Positions 33,699 to 48,764 are shown, counted from the stretch's first letter. The stretch is 64,000 bases of DNA from Octopus vulgaris (GCA_951406725.2 OX597818.1:36332001-36396000), one strand, 5' to 3'. Numbers and translations: made by a program. Notes: a model not told the origin generated them from the letters alone.

Positions 33699-34495
33699 CT
33701 GTGAAAATAGGTTTGGTTTATGGTTATTTGACTATATGTCTGTTCGACGATAGCTGAATGCTAAACAGCAACAACAAATTATGTTTCTAGGAATCTGAAT
33801 GCATTATAATTTTCAGAAATAACATACGTCATTTTTGTTAGATTACTGAATATGTTGCTTTAAGCATTTAAATATCATTTTCATTTATGGGACAATACGT
33901 GTGTGCATATTGCGTAACGTTTGAGTCTATTGATTTTTGATGTGATTATGTAAACATAGAGTGTTTATAAATTACACTCCGTATGTTTACAAATTTGGTT
34001 GAATTCGTATATTGCGGGGCAAACAAGTAACCTCTAGTTTCAAAGAAAATTCTTCGTAGGGAACGTTAGAAGGTTTTAAATATTTGTAGCTGGTACTTAC
34101 CTTTCTTTTTGCCCATAAAAATGAAAGGGTTTACTGGATAACAAAAACTCATGTGAAATACGAACCCAGGATGTTGACGGATGAATCGAATTATTGTAAA
34201 TCATTTAGTCCGGAACTCTAGACTTCGTAGCATAGCAACAGACTGAACTTTGATCTAAATTAATCTATTTGTTGGGTGTATTCGATTTCTAGTTAAAAGT
34301 TATTTCCCTTCACTTAACAACGCACTTCTTCCCTTAACAACACATTTCTTTTGTAAAAAGGCATGAATATCACCATAGCTTCTTTCCAATTTCATCTGCA
34401 AATAAGAGTTTTATGATTAATAAATAAAAGGGATAAAATAATATTATCGTCCCTGGAAAGTTTAACGCGTTTCAGCTTTACAAATGCTTTCTTAC

Positions 34496-34598
34496 CTTGC
34501 ATAATTGTCTCAAACTTGTCTTGAAGTTGTGCAGTCAATAAAGTAGACATCAGTATATGACTGGTAAGTATAGCAGTGAACAAGAAACCATGGGAGAC
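34496..34598 (-). CDS. Candidate internal exon (103 bp, phase 0-1)
   Basis: cttgtttaag|GTC..CAAG|gtaaga. Open frame VSHGFLFTAILTSHILMSTLLTAQLQDKFETIMQ. Confidence 0.45.
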
Positions 34599-35487
34599 CT
34601 TAAACAAGATTTTTAGCTCACGCGAATCTACTATAAGTATTCAATGAAACTTTCCTTCTGTGTATATGAGTCTGATATGCAACACCTTCCTTTGTCGACC
34701 TGGTAGAAATAGCAGCCAAATGTCTTGCAAGGTAAAATTTACTCCCTTGAATAGATTAGGGGTATATGTGATAACGTAGATGTACATTCATTTGGGCTGT
34801 AAAAAAGATGAGACTTTCAGGACTTGTGTGCATTTGATTATACATATTGTGAGTTTGGCCTGATCTGAGCATGAACAACTACAGCGACAATAGCACTCGT
34901 CATATAGTCAGAATTATAGCATAGCTCAAATGACATCTGTAGAGACTAATGGTGCTTTGCCTATTCGCATGGTTGCTACTGTATCGAATAAAAAAACATG
35001 GTATACAAGCTGGTTTTGAAAACAGAACGATACAGTAGAGAGATAACTGTACTGATCAGTGAGGTATCTTGCTTCGGTACACATGTCCGCTAAACATTAA
35101 TCAGTGTTTCTGAGTTTGGTGTCGGATTGAGGAAGAATTAGAGTTAATTTTCTTGGAGGGTGGTGTCATATCTTTGAACAAAAATTTTATACAAGGTCCA
35201 GGTCTATATATTTCCTTTCACTATTAATGCTTTTAAGAAATGCATGGACATCCAAAGTAGTAATTTGCTCTTTTCCTATAGACTTGTATCTTTGACTTCA
35301 CAATTTGAATACAGTAAAGACACATCAATATCTTTACTGTTTATACACTGCTTTACAGTGAAGAGGATCCCCAAGAAACAGCGATGTGTCGTAGCTGGAT
35401 GTTATCTTGTAATAATTATATATTATGGTGACTAATACACTGAACGCTGCCCTGATACACTTATATGTATGCAAGTATGCATGTATG

Positions 35488-35553
<66 letters not shown>

Positions 35554-35810
35554 CACACATATATATAACTTTTTTAACCACGTTCTCTTATCTCCTTTTC
35601 ATCTCTCTCACTCGCTCTCTATCTATCTATATATATATACATATATATATTATAAAGATAGATAGATATACATACATACACTTGCATACATATACACATA
35701 CGCACGCATACAGACATATTTATTCAACTATATCTCTCTTTTTTTCTCTCTCTGTCTATATATATATGTATATATATATATGTGTATATATTTATATATA
35801 TATATATATG

Positions 35811-35841
<31 letters not shown>

Positions 35842-36105
35842 CCATGTATATATATATGTATGTATATATATATATATATGTGTATATATATATATAAATA
35901 TATATATCTTTCTATAATATATATCTTTCTATAAGATGTAATTTTTCTAAATGGTATAATTTAATTTTTCATTATTGAATTGATAAAAGGTGGGTTTTTT
36001 TCTAATTTATATATATATACATATATATTATATTTTGTGAAATTTGATTTAGTATTTCTAAATTGAATTTTTCCCTGTAAATTTGGAATAATATTCCTTT
36101 ATATT

Positions 36106-36203
<98 letters not shown>

Positions 36204-36988
36204 TTAGATAGATAGATAACATATATATTACCAAGCATGTTTTTGTCTGTTATAAAAGGTCTTTCTTTTCCGAATGGCTACGGTCTCATTAATTCCAGTA
36301 GAATTTTAAAGAGGTAAAAAAAAGTAGTAGTGAATGCTGTGGGAAACGAGGTGTAATTTTAGTGTTTTAATGGCGGTTACGTTCAGTTGAAGTAAATTAT
36401 TCTGTGGTTACAATATGGACCAATTGAATTCTTGAAGATTCTGCAATGGGGCTTATTATTTGAGAGTTGTTGCAAAGGAGGCTGGCTGGCTGAATCTTTA
36501 GCACGCTGGACGAAATGCGAAATGTGGTATTTCGCTCGTCGCTACGTTCTGTGTTCAAATTCTGCCGAGGTCGACTTTGCTTTTCATCCTTTCGGGGTGG
36601 ATAAATTAAGTACCAGTTGCGTACTGGGGTCGATTTATTCGACTCATCCCCTCCCCTAATATTTCAGGCCTTGTGCCTAGAGTAGAAAGGTTTATTTGAG
36701 AGTTGTTGTTATTCTTGATATTTAGTGGCAAACCAGTACTGATTGGATTGGCTTATGATCAATATGAGTCCATGAAATATCACTCCCACCTTTGTTTAAG
36801 ATAGAATAATATACCCAACCTTACATTTTCTTAGATACACATTTAATCCTCAATTTGAGAAAAATTTGGGTGTTATTTCCAGCAAATCAGATGACCACCT
36901 AAAAGCCTCCTCTTTGTTTGATGTTTCAAAGTTAATTAGTGACAGATCTGAAGAATCACGAGTAGTTACTGTGAGAAATTACTCGTAC

Positions 36989-37750
36989 CTTAGGTGTGCT
37001 ATGACATGGTGTGGGCAATGTTTTACTATGACAGAATTATTAGTAGGAATATAATAGCAGTGATTCGTACTGTAATTATCAGTGTAGAGTAGTTACAGTG
37101 GAAAATGTTCTGTTTATGGTTATTTTGATTAACGCTATGTGGTGGAGGAACTGTGGTTAACTGTGTCAGCAGCCTTTACTAAGATCAGTTCTTTAAAGAG
37201 GAGGGGACTATTGTTTAAACAACTATATCAGTAACATCTACGCCAGAACAGTGTTTTAGTGGTGTTTACAGCAGAAAATTACAATGTCGGTTAGAGAGGA
37301 AGATACATTAGTGATGGTTATTATGGTAAAATCTGTCAAAGACTGCTTATTGTAACAATCTGTGTCACTAGGAGTCATTGTATTACATTAAGTCATTAGT
37401 AGTTATAATGGACATCTGTGTTAAGTATTAAATTAAGTCATTAGTGATTATTAAAGACATCTGTGTTAAGTGATTGTTACTGTATAAAACTGCTGTTTAT
37501 TGTAAAATCTTCTATAAATTGTAATTAGTGTGGAAAACTGTGTCCATGGTGGTGATTGTGGAAAGTCGTGATAAAGGTGAAGTTGAAGGTGGCTTTTGAT
37601 ATTGAATGAATAGAAGAGGAATATATCAGCGATTGTCATTGAAGTAAATGTTTGCAGGGTTAATTAGCGCAATCATTGCATTTAAAGCAATTACTGAGGC
37701 AAATATGTCAGTGAAGGCTACCATCTAAGTAACCATCACTGGCGGGAAGA
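36989..37750. repeat. Second, more degenerate related array (~27-30-bp unit)
   Basis: Recurrent GTGATTA(T/C)TGTGGAAA..CTGTGTCA-like motifs. Local ~45-bp duplication near 37388-37475. Confidence 0.55.
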
Positions 37751-37988
37751 GATGAACAGCGTGAGATTAGTAAGTGGAGAAACAGATTATAGAAATAGAA
37801 GCATAATTGACAGTGGCAGATTAAAAAAAGGGAAAAAAAAATTGAGCGGCCACAGCAGAGCTGAAGGAAGACCGAGCAAATCGGTATAGAATGGTAATTT
37901 GTCTCCCATGGCTATTTATTCATTGTTACTGCAGCAATTTTTGTCATTTATCTAGCACTAACAGGCAATCTAACGATGATCCACCCAC

Positions 37989-38147
37989 CTTTGTAGTGGA
38001 ATCAAGAACTACGTTGCTTAATATGGCCTTCTATGATTTGACGTTGCTGGATATTATTTGAAAGATATAAGGCTGCTACTTCCTGCGAGCAGGGTACCGG
38101 TTGATAAGTCCAGAACGTTGAAATATGCTGTACGAATTTCGTGCCAG
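37989..38147 (-). pseudogene. Candidate 159-bp phase 0-0 exon with two in-frame TAG codons
   Basis: catacag|CTG..AAG|gtgggt. Translation LARNSYSIFQRSGLINRYPARRK*QPYIFQIISSNVKS*KAILSNVVLDSTTK. Confidence 0.35.
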
Positions 38148-38799
38148 CTGTATGTATAATTCTGGTAAGTGGCAGAATTTTCAGGAGGCATTCATTAAGA
38201 TATTCTAAATTCGAATAATTTCTAATCATGCAATGTAAGTCCTCACTTACAACAGTAAATTACGGCGTGGCTGAGTAGTTAAGGTGTTGTTCATGATTAT
38301 TAATTTGAGGGTTTCATATCTGGTCCGGATGACGTATTGTGTCTTTGAACAACGCACTTCATTTCGCGTCTCTTAATTAATCTAAACTGCACTAAATATC
38401 AGCTGTATTAAGAGTGAAACCTACTCTCCCTTCTAGATGTCACATCCTGGATGTTCTGCAAAGTGTGATGGTGAGAGGGCGAGAGACTGTCAATGTCTGC
38501 TCGCCACTACATATGAGGCTAAAAGAATTTGTAAAATCATGTCACAGGATACTGTATGACGGCTGGTTGTACTTCTGTAAATGTGAGTTTGTGGGTGTTG
38601 TTGTTGTCTGTGGTGATAGTTTGTGCCAGGTTAGCCCTAAAGGGGAAGACCTATATATATATCAGACATTCCAGCCCTTAACATATTGTTTTTTTTGTAA
38701 GTGTGTGTATGTATATGCATGTTTGTGCCTGTGCGCGCGCACGTGTGTGTGTGAAAGAGTGAAAGAGAGAGAGAGAGAGCATGGTTGCATCGCCCAATA

Positions 38800-39170
38800 T
38801 TTCACTCCTATTTGAAGACAGTTGGATGTGATTTGAGGACGATTTAGCTGCTATTTCTAGCGAGAAGGACAATAGCGCATAATTAGATTCGCTAGATCAT
38901 GTATTACAGGTAATTACTGAGGTTAATTCAGTTCAGCAGGGATTCGTTTTGCAACTTGTTTTATCGATGTAATTATATTTTATCAATACCGAAGCAGTTG
39001 TATAAATCCCAAGTCAACCCTTATCAGACAGATCTATGATCAAAGGTGTTCCAGCCGTGAGCATCCCATCGCTATTCCAAGCATAGAATATCTAGGAATA
39101 TCTCTCCAATGAATCTTTTCTTTAAGACAATAATGAATGATTTGCTATTTCCAGCTAATCGGAAGATCTC
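38800..39170. repeat. Fourth dispersed old repeat family (two partial units)
   Basis: Motifs GATTTAGCTGCTATTTCTAGC and AGATCTATGATCAAAGG..TTCCAGC recur in degenerate form near 34690-34890, 36720-36910 and 50410-50620. Confidence 0.5.
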
Positions 39171-39289
39171 ATGAGTCTCCCACGTAATATTCTCAAAATA
39201 TCTTCGTTGATACACAAGTCTATAAATTTTCCTCTAAAATATTGTGGAAACTGTACATGTGAAGGAGTTATCTTGTATTCTGATATACT

Positions 39290-41400
39290 GCATAATTTAG
39301 TGGAGTATGCTTCGGTGGGCGTAAATGTGGACACTGCATCAGTAAAAGTCATTGGCGCTGTATATGTTTCTGTGGGTGTCATTAATTTACAATGTATCAA
39401 CGAAGGTTACTAGTGTGATAAATTCATAGGGGGAGTTGTAATTATGGACTGCATGTTCCATAATTATATCAACCGAAGATTTCACTAGGCCAGTAAATTC
39501 CTCTGATATTGCATTCCATTCTGTAGATTGACTGTGGAACATTATATCAATGGAAATGACCAGCGGTGTAAGATTATATGAATGGAAATTAGAGGTACTG
39601 TGGGAGTTAGTTTATTGACAACATTTTATTTGTGGAAATTACTACTGTGGTAAATTCTTGAGACCTAATTGCGGAACGCTGTTTTAGTAGAATATACTGG
39701 TGTGGTGAATACTTCATCTGTTGCCATTAGGGAACATTACCCTGATGGAAATTACTGGTGTAGTATTATCATATCAGTGGAAATTATAGACGTGACAACA
39801 CTATCAGTGGAAATTACTATTATAAATATTTTGGTAGGTGTCTTTGTGGAACATCTGTCAATGGAAGGTCTAAGTAAGGTAAATATTTCATGGGATGTCT
39901 ATGTGGATCACTGTGTCAATGGAAGTTACTGGCTGGCATTGTGAAACAATCTCAATAGAAATTGGTGCAGTGACAAATCTTTCGGTGGAGATAATAGTGG
40001 AACATTGTCTCTGTGGAAATTTGTCACTTTCCATGCATGGCAAAACATACGTTGAATATCATTGTGGAACAATGTATGAAAGTAAGTTGCTGAACTGGTA
40101 ACGCTACAGAATGGGAGTCGCTGACGTGATAAATACTTCTGTGGGTTTCCATGTGGAACAGGGCATCAGAGGAAGATTTTGGTGGAATAAATACATTAGA
40201 AGAAATATACTGAAGTGGTGAAATTTTCGGTCGGTGCCATTGGAGAATAATATACCAACAGAAATTTCTGGTGTGGTGACAGTGTATCAGTGGTAGTTGA
40301 TGATGTGGTATCGTTGTGACTGCCGTAGATATTGGCTTGGCAATACTGTATAGCTTTAAGTTAGTTGTGTGACAACGTTTTCAGTGGATATCATGGCTGA
40401 CACATACGACAAGAATTTACTAGAGTTGTAAGCATTTCACGGGATGTCACTGTAGAACTCTATGTTTGTGGAATTTACTGGTGTGGTAACTCCTTCAGTG
40501 GTTGTCATTGAGAAATGCAATCAATAGAATGTAAACATGATAACGGTACTCGGTGGATGTAATTGTGGAGCACTATATCAATTTCAGTTAAACGTGTGGA
40601 AAATCTTTCGCTGAATGTCATTGTAGAACATTGTATTAATGGAAGTTTTCAGTGTGATAACACAGTACAAGAAGTCACAGGTCTGATCTATTCTTTTGTA
40701 GATCTCACTACGGAATACTGTATTAATTGACGTTACACGTGTGGCAAATGACCCGGAGAAGCTTTTGCCGAGATAAATCCTTCGGTAGATATCATTGTGG
40801 AACACTGCATCTGTAGAGGTTACTGATATGATAATTCTTTCATTTGATGCCATTGTGGAATACTATACTATGTGTATATATTGATATGATAATTTTTAAA
40901 GTGGATTTCATCATGGAAAATTGCAGCAATGCAAGTTTCCATTGTGATAACTCCCTCGAAAGATGCTAATTGTGGAAAACTGTATCTGTAGAATTTTGTT
41001 GTTGATAACTCATTTAGTGGATATATTTATGAGAAATGATTTCAGCGGACGTTACTGATGGGAAAATACTTCAATGAATGCAATTGTAGAGAACTGTAGC
41101 AGTGGAGATTTTGATGTGATAAATCGTTTAACGGATATCATTGCGGAACAGTGTGTCCATGTTTACATTATATCAATGGTAGTTAATGGTGTGGTAACTT
41201 CTTCGGCAGTCACCATATTGGAACGTTGTATTGATGGAATTTAGTTGAGCGGTAAATCGTTCACCAGATGTAATTGCTGAATCCTCCATCAAAGAAAGCT
41301 TATGGTGTGGTAAATCCTTCATTGGTGAGTCATTACAAAACAAAGTGTCAGTGAAACTTACTTTCATAAATGATTGAAGAATGGTAATAAAATATGTCAT
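39290..41400. repeat. Degenerate tandem array, 57-58-bp unit (30+28 subunits)
   Basis: GGAAC-type anchors at 39673/39731, 39848/39905, 40799/40857/40915/40974/41031/41088/41145. By-eye consensus GGAACACTGTATCAGTGGAAATTACTGGTGTGATAAATCCTTCAGTGGATGTCATTGT. Confidence 0.85.
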
Positions 41401-41589
41401 TATTATTCTGAGTCGATTGAATAAGTATCAGACCAACACTGGGGTCGATATAATCGATTAACCTCCTCCTCCACAGTTTCAGACATAATTCCTGTTTTAG
41501 AAAGAATTATTATTTATATTTCATATATCTCCAACAGATTAGACTGTTGGAAAAAATTCCTAACATTGGATAACAGCAAATAACCCCAA

Positions 41590-42430
41590 ATGACAGGAAA
41601 CTTCCTACGTATCCTGTCTCTAATAATACTGGCTCTGGAGCTGCACTAAGATTTCCTCTATTCATCTGTCCAAATTTTTAGGAATAGTTCCTAGTAAATT
41701 TATAACTATAGGGATATATTCTACACTTTCTATAGCCTCTGTAACTCAATTGCTAGGTCCTTATACTAGGTCTTATTTTGTCTATACTTTTCATATTGAC
41801 TTGCTAATCATCTGAGACTGTAAAATCAATTCCCTGAAACTTTCTATCCTTTTTGTCTAATACTACTAATTCAGGTCTCCTAGCTTCTGTTACTCTGTCC
41901 GTCTCAATGTTAAAGTCCCACAACGTCTTATGTTTTTTACTTTCTAGGACTTTATTAGGGTCATGCTCATACCACTTAACAGTGTGGTTAAATCCTGGCT
42001 CTCTACATAACTCCCAATGGATTTTTCTCCGTAGATTGTCGTGCCTTTTCTTGTATTCGTGTATTCTTTGTGCCAGTATACTAAATTCACTAACTATATG
42101 AATAACATTTCCCTCTTTTTATTTACATAGCCGACATCAGGAATCAGCCTGAGATTTTTCTATCGTGACTTTTATCCAGTTAGTCCTCAGTGCCTGATCC
42201 TGTGCTGCTACTAACAAACTATCTGTCTCCCTTTTCAGCCTTCTTTTCTGAAACGGTAACCATGTCTCACTATTATTATTTTCTGTCACTATCTCTGAAA
42301 ATATACCGTGCAAAGCTTTTTTCTTGCCATCAGATAATCTTTCTTCTTTCTCCTGGTCTTTAACTTCAATTTTTTCGTTTCCCTATCTCCTACCATTCCT
42401 ATTGCAGCTCTTAATAAACTTTCTTCACAG
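41590..42430 (-). mobile_element. R4/Dong-like fragment (CCHC + RLE)
   Basis: LKRETDSLLVAAQDQALRTN, CRLCK, HIVS, YKKRHDN, IHWELC, KWYEH, LWDFNIETDR, RRPELVV, with stops. Confidence 0.85.
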
Positions 42431-42577
42431 TTACCTACATAGGCGCAGGAGTGGATGTGTGCTACGTAGCTTGCTTACCAGCCACATGGTTCCGGGTTCA
42501 GTCCTGATGCGTGGCACCTTGGACAAGTATCTTCTACTATAGCCTCGAGCTGACCAAAGCCTTGTGAGTGGATTTAG

Positions 42578-42817
42578 TTGATGACTGTTCCCAGGGTTCC
42601 GAAAATTATTGGTACTACTACCACCTTTTTCATCGATCACAACTGCTTAACCTCCCAAGCTAACCTGTCATATCTATCGACTTTTCTTTCTTCCTTATCG
42701 CATACCTTGTTGTCAGCTGGGCATGTTATATCTATGATCCAGCATAGTTTGCTTTCTTTTCCTTCTTCCTTATCGCATGCCTTGTTGTCAGCTGGGCATG
42801 CTATATCTATGATGCAG
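42578..42817 (-). mobile_element. R4/Dong-like RLE fragment with an internal tandem duplication
   Basis: CWIIDITCPADNKVCDKEERKVDRYDRLAWEVKQL..VVVPIIFGTLG. A ~55-bp segment is repeated (about 42688-42745 and 42763-42817). Abuts (TTA)n. Confidence 0.8.
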
Positions 42818-42834
42818 TATTATTATTATTATTA

Positions 42835-42928
<94 letters not shown>

Positions 42929-42956
42929 CATTATTATCATTATTATTTTTATTATT

Positions 42957-43977
<1,021 letters not shown>

Positions 43978-43999
43978 ATTATTACGTGCTCTTATAGTT

Positions 44000-45420
44000 A
44001 GTAATGGATGTTATCTTCAGGTTCGGTGACAATTCTTAAATCCCCAGAATCTTTCGATTCGTGCGTAATACAGGGCTGCACTTTCCTGCAGGTCGACAGT
44101 ACAATTCCAGTATCCTTCAGCATCTTTGCTAGCACATAGAAATAATTGTCTGTGACCTTAGTTTTTGTTTTGCGTTTGCCCTGTATAATCATAAGTAGTC
44201 TTCTTGATTCAAGAATATGGTTAGTCTTTATGGGGAAGTCCCATAAATTTCTCTAATTCTTATTCCACCTCACAGCCTCTGACTCGTGTTCATACCGCTG
44301 TTCTGTTACCTAGAATCTACACACTCGCCCAACATCTCAATACGCTGTCATACCTCCCTGCCATGCTAACGTTTATAATCTTTTAGTGCTTTTACATTCA
44401 CTGAAGGTATGTTTCATACTCTCATCTGCTTTTCAAAGTTTCTGCAATTGTTCTCTGACTATTTTATCTCAATCTTTTGCTTTTATCAAATTCATTGAAA
44501 TGGCTTGTTCGTGAGTAGCAATAATTAGCGCTTCGGTGTCTCGTTTCAGATTTCCATCCTATTGCAAACTCTTATCAGTATCTCTGCCTCATTTTCTTTT
44601 TATGTGTGGCCAGGCATTGATCCGTACAGCTATAATCAAAGTACCCACTTCTACTTTAAGCCCAATGTTTTCGAATCTTTGCTAGCGTTTTACTCTGTGT
44701 ACTTAACTTTGTGATATTTTTGTCACTATATGTTGGTCAAATTTTGCCTTGTATTTTTTAACATTTTCTGCTGTTCTGATCTGACTATTTTTACTTTACT
44801 TAGGGATAATTCTAGATTGTAATTTTAATTCACATATACAGAGAAAACTGTCTTTCCTTTGTGTTTCCTTATTGCTATAATCAATTTTAATATGCTTATT
44901 TCTAAATATTTTCTCCAGTCCTACAATTGTTATTTTGCCTCAGTTTTTTATTCTTAAACATCTTCATCCTCCCTATGTGCAGGATAATTATATTATATCT
45001 ATATCAGAGTCGTTGGTGGTAGTTTCGAAATATAGTAGTTATTTTTCTAATTTCTCCTTTATAAGTTCTTCAGTTCACTGCCAAAATTTGTTGCTGAAAC
45101 TATTACTAGAATGGCTAATGTATTCGAACCTAGATTGAATTCTGTTTTAATGTTAGCTTGACTCTTCTGTAGCATAGTTTTCCAAAATTTCGCATTCGTT
45201 TGTGTATCATATCAGTTTCGTCTTCTCCTAGATATTTTTTATGTAACCTTCATGTTTTATTCTCCAATTTCTGTGCATGTATTTAATTCAGTTTAGATAT
45301 AGACACTGGAACCAGATAATTTAACCAGAGATCCCCTTGCAAATACTGGTTTTCGTATTTCCCACTCAACACTTTTCTCGCCAAAGAATTACACACTTGT
45401 TTTTATAACCTAGCTGTCTT
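44000..45420 (-). mobile_element. Older R4/Dong-like fragment (RT end to RLE)
   Basis: Degenerate QGD motif near 45335, DTEALIIATHEQAI, RYEH, LWDFPIKTNH. Many stops. Confidence 0.65.
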
Positions 45421-46574
45421 CTTTAACAATTTCAAATAGATGGGTTTTTTTTTATATATAAGTTAAAAAATTATTTGCGGGGTTTTTCATCTCCTGAGTT
45501 CAAACCACACAACGAATAGCTTTGTTTTTTTTAATCTCTTCTGGTCGATAAAATAAAGTGCTAATCCTGTACTGGGGTGGATAGTATCAACTTACCTCCT
45601 CTGCCGGAAAGTAATTAGCTATTATGGGAGTGGATGAGACGATTGCATCGACCCCACTATTTCACTGGTACTTAATTTATCGACCCCGAAAGGATGAAAG
45701 GCAAAGTCGATCAGACGAAATATCGCTTAGCATTTCGTCCTGCGCGCTATCGATTCTGCCAACGCTAGCGTCTCTTCAAATTGGCAAGACGTCTCTTCAA
45801 ATTGTTAAGTTTGTTTGTTTCAACTATGAATCAAATCTACGCTCAAAACTGTTTGTTTTGTGATGTTACAAAACTGGCCAGTATCCCTAGAAATTGGTCA
45901 GTTCCGTTCTGTTCTTATTGCTCACCGGGGTGGAATTTGTTAATCCTTATTTTTTCTTCAACTTGAACATAAAAAAAAAAAATCAGAACATGGCCTCGAA
46001 ATCTTTCACAGGGTGCGAGTAGGGTAACAGTTTTCACGTCCTCCCCATCACTTTAACAATGACTGTAAACCAAAGCAATCAGTACTAATATCAATATAAT
46101 AAGCAGAGGTGATGAAAGCAACAATGGCAATGAAAATGATAGACTGGACGGTGACAGCCAAACCACTGTCGCCATAACAGCCATAAAAACAAACAGGAAA
46201 GAATTAACGAATAACATACATCATTTCACAAGCATTACACACAAGCACAGCATAGCGCTAACAAATAACATAACCTCACGCGTATCAATCCTAAAAGCGA
46301 TTAAAGAAACTTAGAAAAATCTAAAAATAAGATGTTCCGAAGGAATGGAAGTTATCCGAACTTGGCTTGTGGAAACACCTTCAAATAATCGGAACGAAAG
46401 GACAGATCACTGGTCCTTCCATGAGAATAAGGTAAGTGGTCCTTCACATTTCACTCCTTTCATAACATGGTTTTACTCAGAAGAGGCTGTGTGAATATAT
46501 GTGACCTGGGTCCACTTTAGAAGCAAATCCTTCAGCTCAACTCTTGTAGTTAATAAAGGCATTATTATTGTTAT

Positions 46575-46611
<37 letters not shown>

Positions 46612-46838
46612 GCTACTGCTGCTGCTGCTGCTGCTGCTACTACTACTACTACTAAGGCGGCGAGCTGGCAGAATCGTTAGCGCGCAGGACGAAACTGTTT
46701 AGCGTTATTTCGTCTGGTCGACTTTGCCTTTCATCCTTTCGGGATGAAATTAAGTATCAGTGAAACACTGGGGTCGATGTAATCGACTCATCCACTCCCA
46801 TAAAATTGTTGCCCTTGTGGCAAAATTTGAAACTTTTA

Positions 46839-46894
<56 letters not shown>

Positions 46895-47119
46895 GTTGTT
46901 GTTGTTGTTGTTGTTGTTATCAATCTGCGGAATCCTAAGACCGTCGGAAATTGCTCGACATGGTTTATTTCGGTTCTTTATGATCTGAAATCGAATCATG
47001 CCGAAGTCAACTTTGCATTTCATTCCTCCATAGTCGAGATAGTAAAGTAGCGGTCAGTCACTTGGATTGAGGGTGACGACTAACTGACTCCCTTCCAAAT
47101 TTCTGGCTTTATGCCTAAA

Positions 47120-47513
47120 CAAGCTGTATCGTCCGGCGTTGCTCGGGTTTGTTTCGACCCTTTAGAATTGGAATTTTTGAAAAGTAAAACTTCTGCATTA
47201 TGTAGCTTGTTATTCTCTTTAAGTGAACATTTTTCTGGTTGAAATACACCGAAAAATGGCGACACAGCGGTCAAAAAATCGTAAAAAAATAGGGATTTTC
47301 GTAGAAAAAAAGCACCTTTTTGATGTAAAAAATTTTTGGTGTCAACATGGTCCGATTTGAATTTTTTTCTTCTAAGGAAGGGAGAGCAAACCTTCTTCTA
47401 TCATACTTTCAATTTTGGTCAACTTGTGCCGCAGGGTCACGGAAGAGATAATGTTAGTTGAAGGCTACCAAACCTGCCATACACAGACAACTTCAGCTTT
47501 ATATAGAGAGAGA
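47120..47513 (-). mobile_element. Non-autonomous Helitron nested in a SINE tail
   Basis: Minus strand starts TC, ends with GC hairpin CCGAGCAACGCCGG and CTTG (CTRR variant). Inserted between A and T, no TSD. Confidence 0.7.
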
Positions 47514-48665
47514 TTAGAAACAGTCATTTATGTTGATGAATTGTTTGAATCGTTGGCTTGTTAAAAATACAATGATTTGCGATATTTCTCCTTGCTCTTT
47601 ATTACGTTCTGTTATCGAATGCCAGCGACGTCAACTTTTCTTTTTTTTTAATCTCCAGGATCGATTGGATAAAATATCAGTTAAACACTGGAGTCGATGG
47701 AAATGATTAGACCTCTCAAAATTGCTGGCCTAGAATCTTCAGAGCGTCGGAAAAGTGCCTGCGGTGTTTGTTCCGGTTCTCTATGTTCTAAGTTCTTAAC
47801 ACGTCGGAATAAAGTTTAGCTTTCATTTCTTCGGGGCGGATTAAAATGAGTACTTGTTAAGGACTTATCTCTGATTTCTGATTTTGTACTTATATCAATA
47901 ACAATTTTATTAGTGAGAGTAGTGTGAAGGCGCATGGCTTAGTGGTTAGAGCGTAGGGCTTACAATCGTGAGGTTGTGAGTTCGATTCCCGGACCGGGCT
48001 GCGTATTGTGTTCTTGAGTAAGACACTTTATTTCACATTGCTCCAGTAGAAATGAGTTGCGACGTCACTGATGCCAGGTTGTATTGGCCCTTGCCTTTCC
48101 CTTGGATAACATCAGTGGTGTGGAGAGGAGACGCTGGCATGCCTGGGCGACTGCTAGCCTTCTTGCCCTGACTTGTGCCTCGGAGAATAACATTCTAGGT
48201 GCAATCCCATGGTCATCCATGACCGAAGGGGGTTTCCTCCTCAGTGATAGTAGTATTACTGATAGCATAATTATTCAGAGCAAGAGCAGCAGCGGTGGTA
48301 GTAGTAGTAGTAGTAGTAGTAGCAGCAGTGGTGGTGTTTTTAATATTTGTAGTAAAAGAAAGGTAAAACATTTCGAATGATATAATCAATTACTCAGATA
48401 TGGTAGACAGATTAGACGTTAGGGCCTAACTAGTTATTTTATAAAAAGGTAGCACGATGCTATTATTGTTGTTGTTTTTGTTTTTATTTTTTCTTCTTCG
48501 TTGATTACTGATCTGATTTATGAGCTGCCTACGTCATTATCTGTAACTTGTAATTTATGAAATGCGTCTCATGTCACTGCATATAAATATGCTTTATATG
48601 CAATGGTCGTGCATGAATTTATATGCTAACACAACCCAGTTTAGTTTGTGGGTTGGCTTTTGTGC

Positions 48666-48764
<99 letters not shown>

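Noticed and set aside
39290-41400. CRISPR-like periodicity
   Set aside because: Whole units are homologous with no repeat-spacer alternation, no cas genes, eukaryotic context
46140-46430. Possible LINE fragment (NNITSRVSILKAIKET)
   Set aside because: Too short and degenerate to classify
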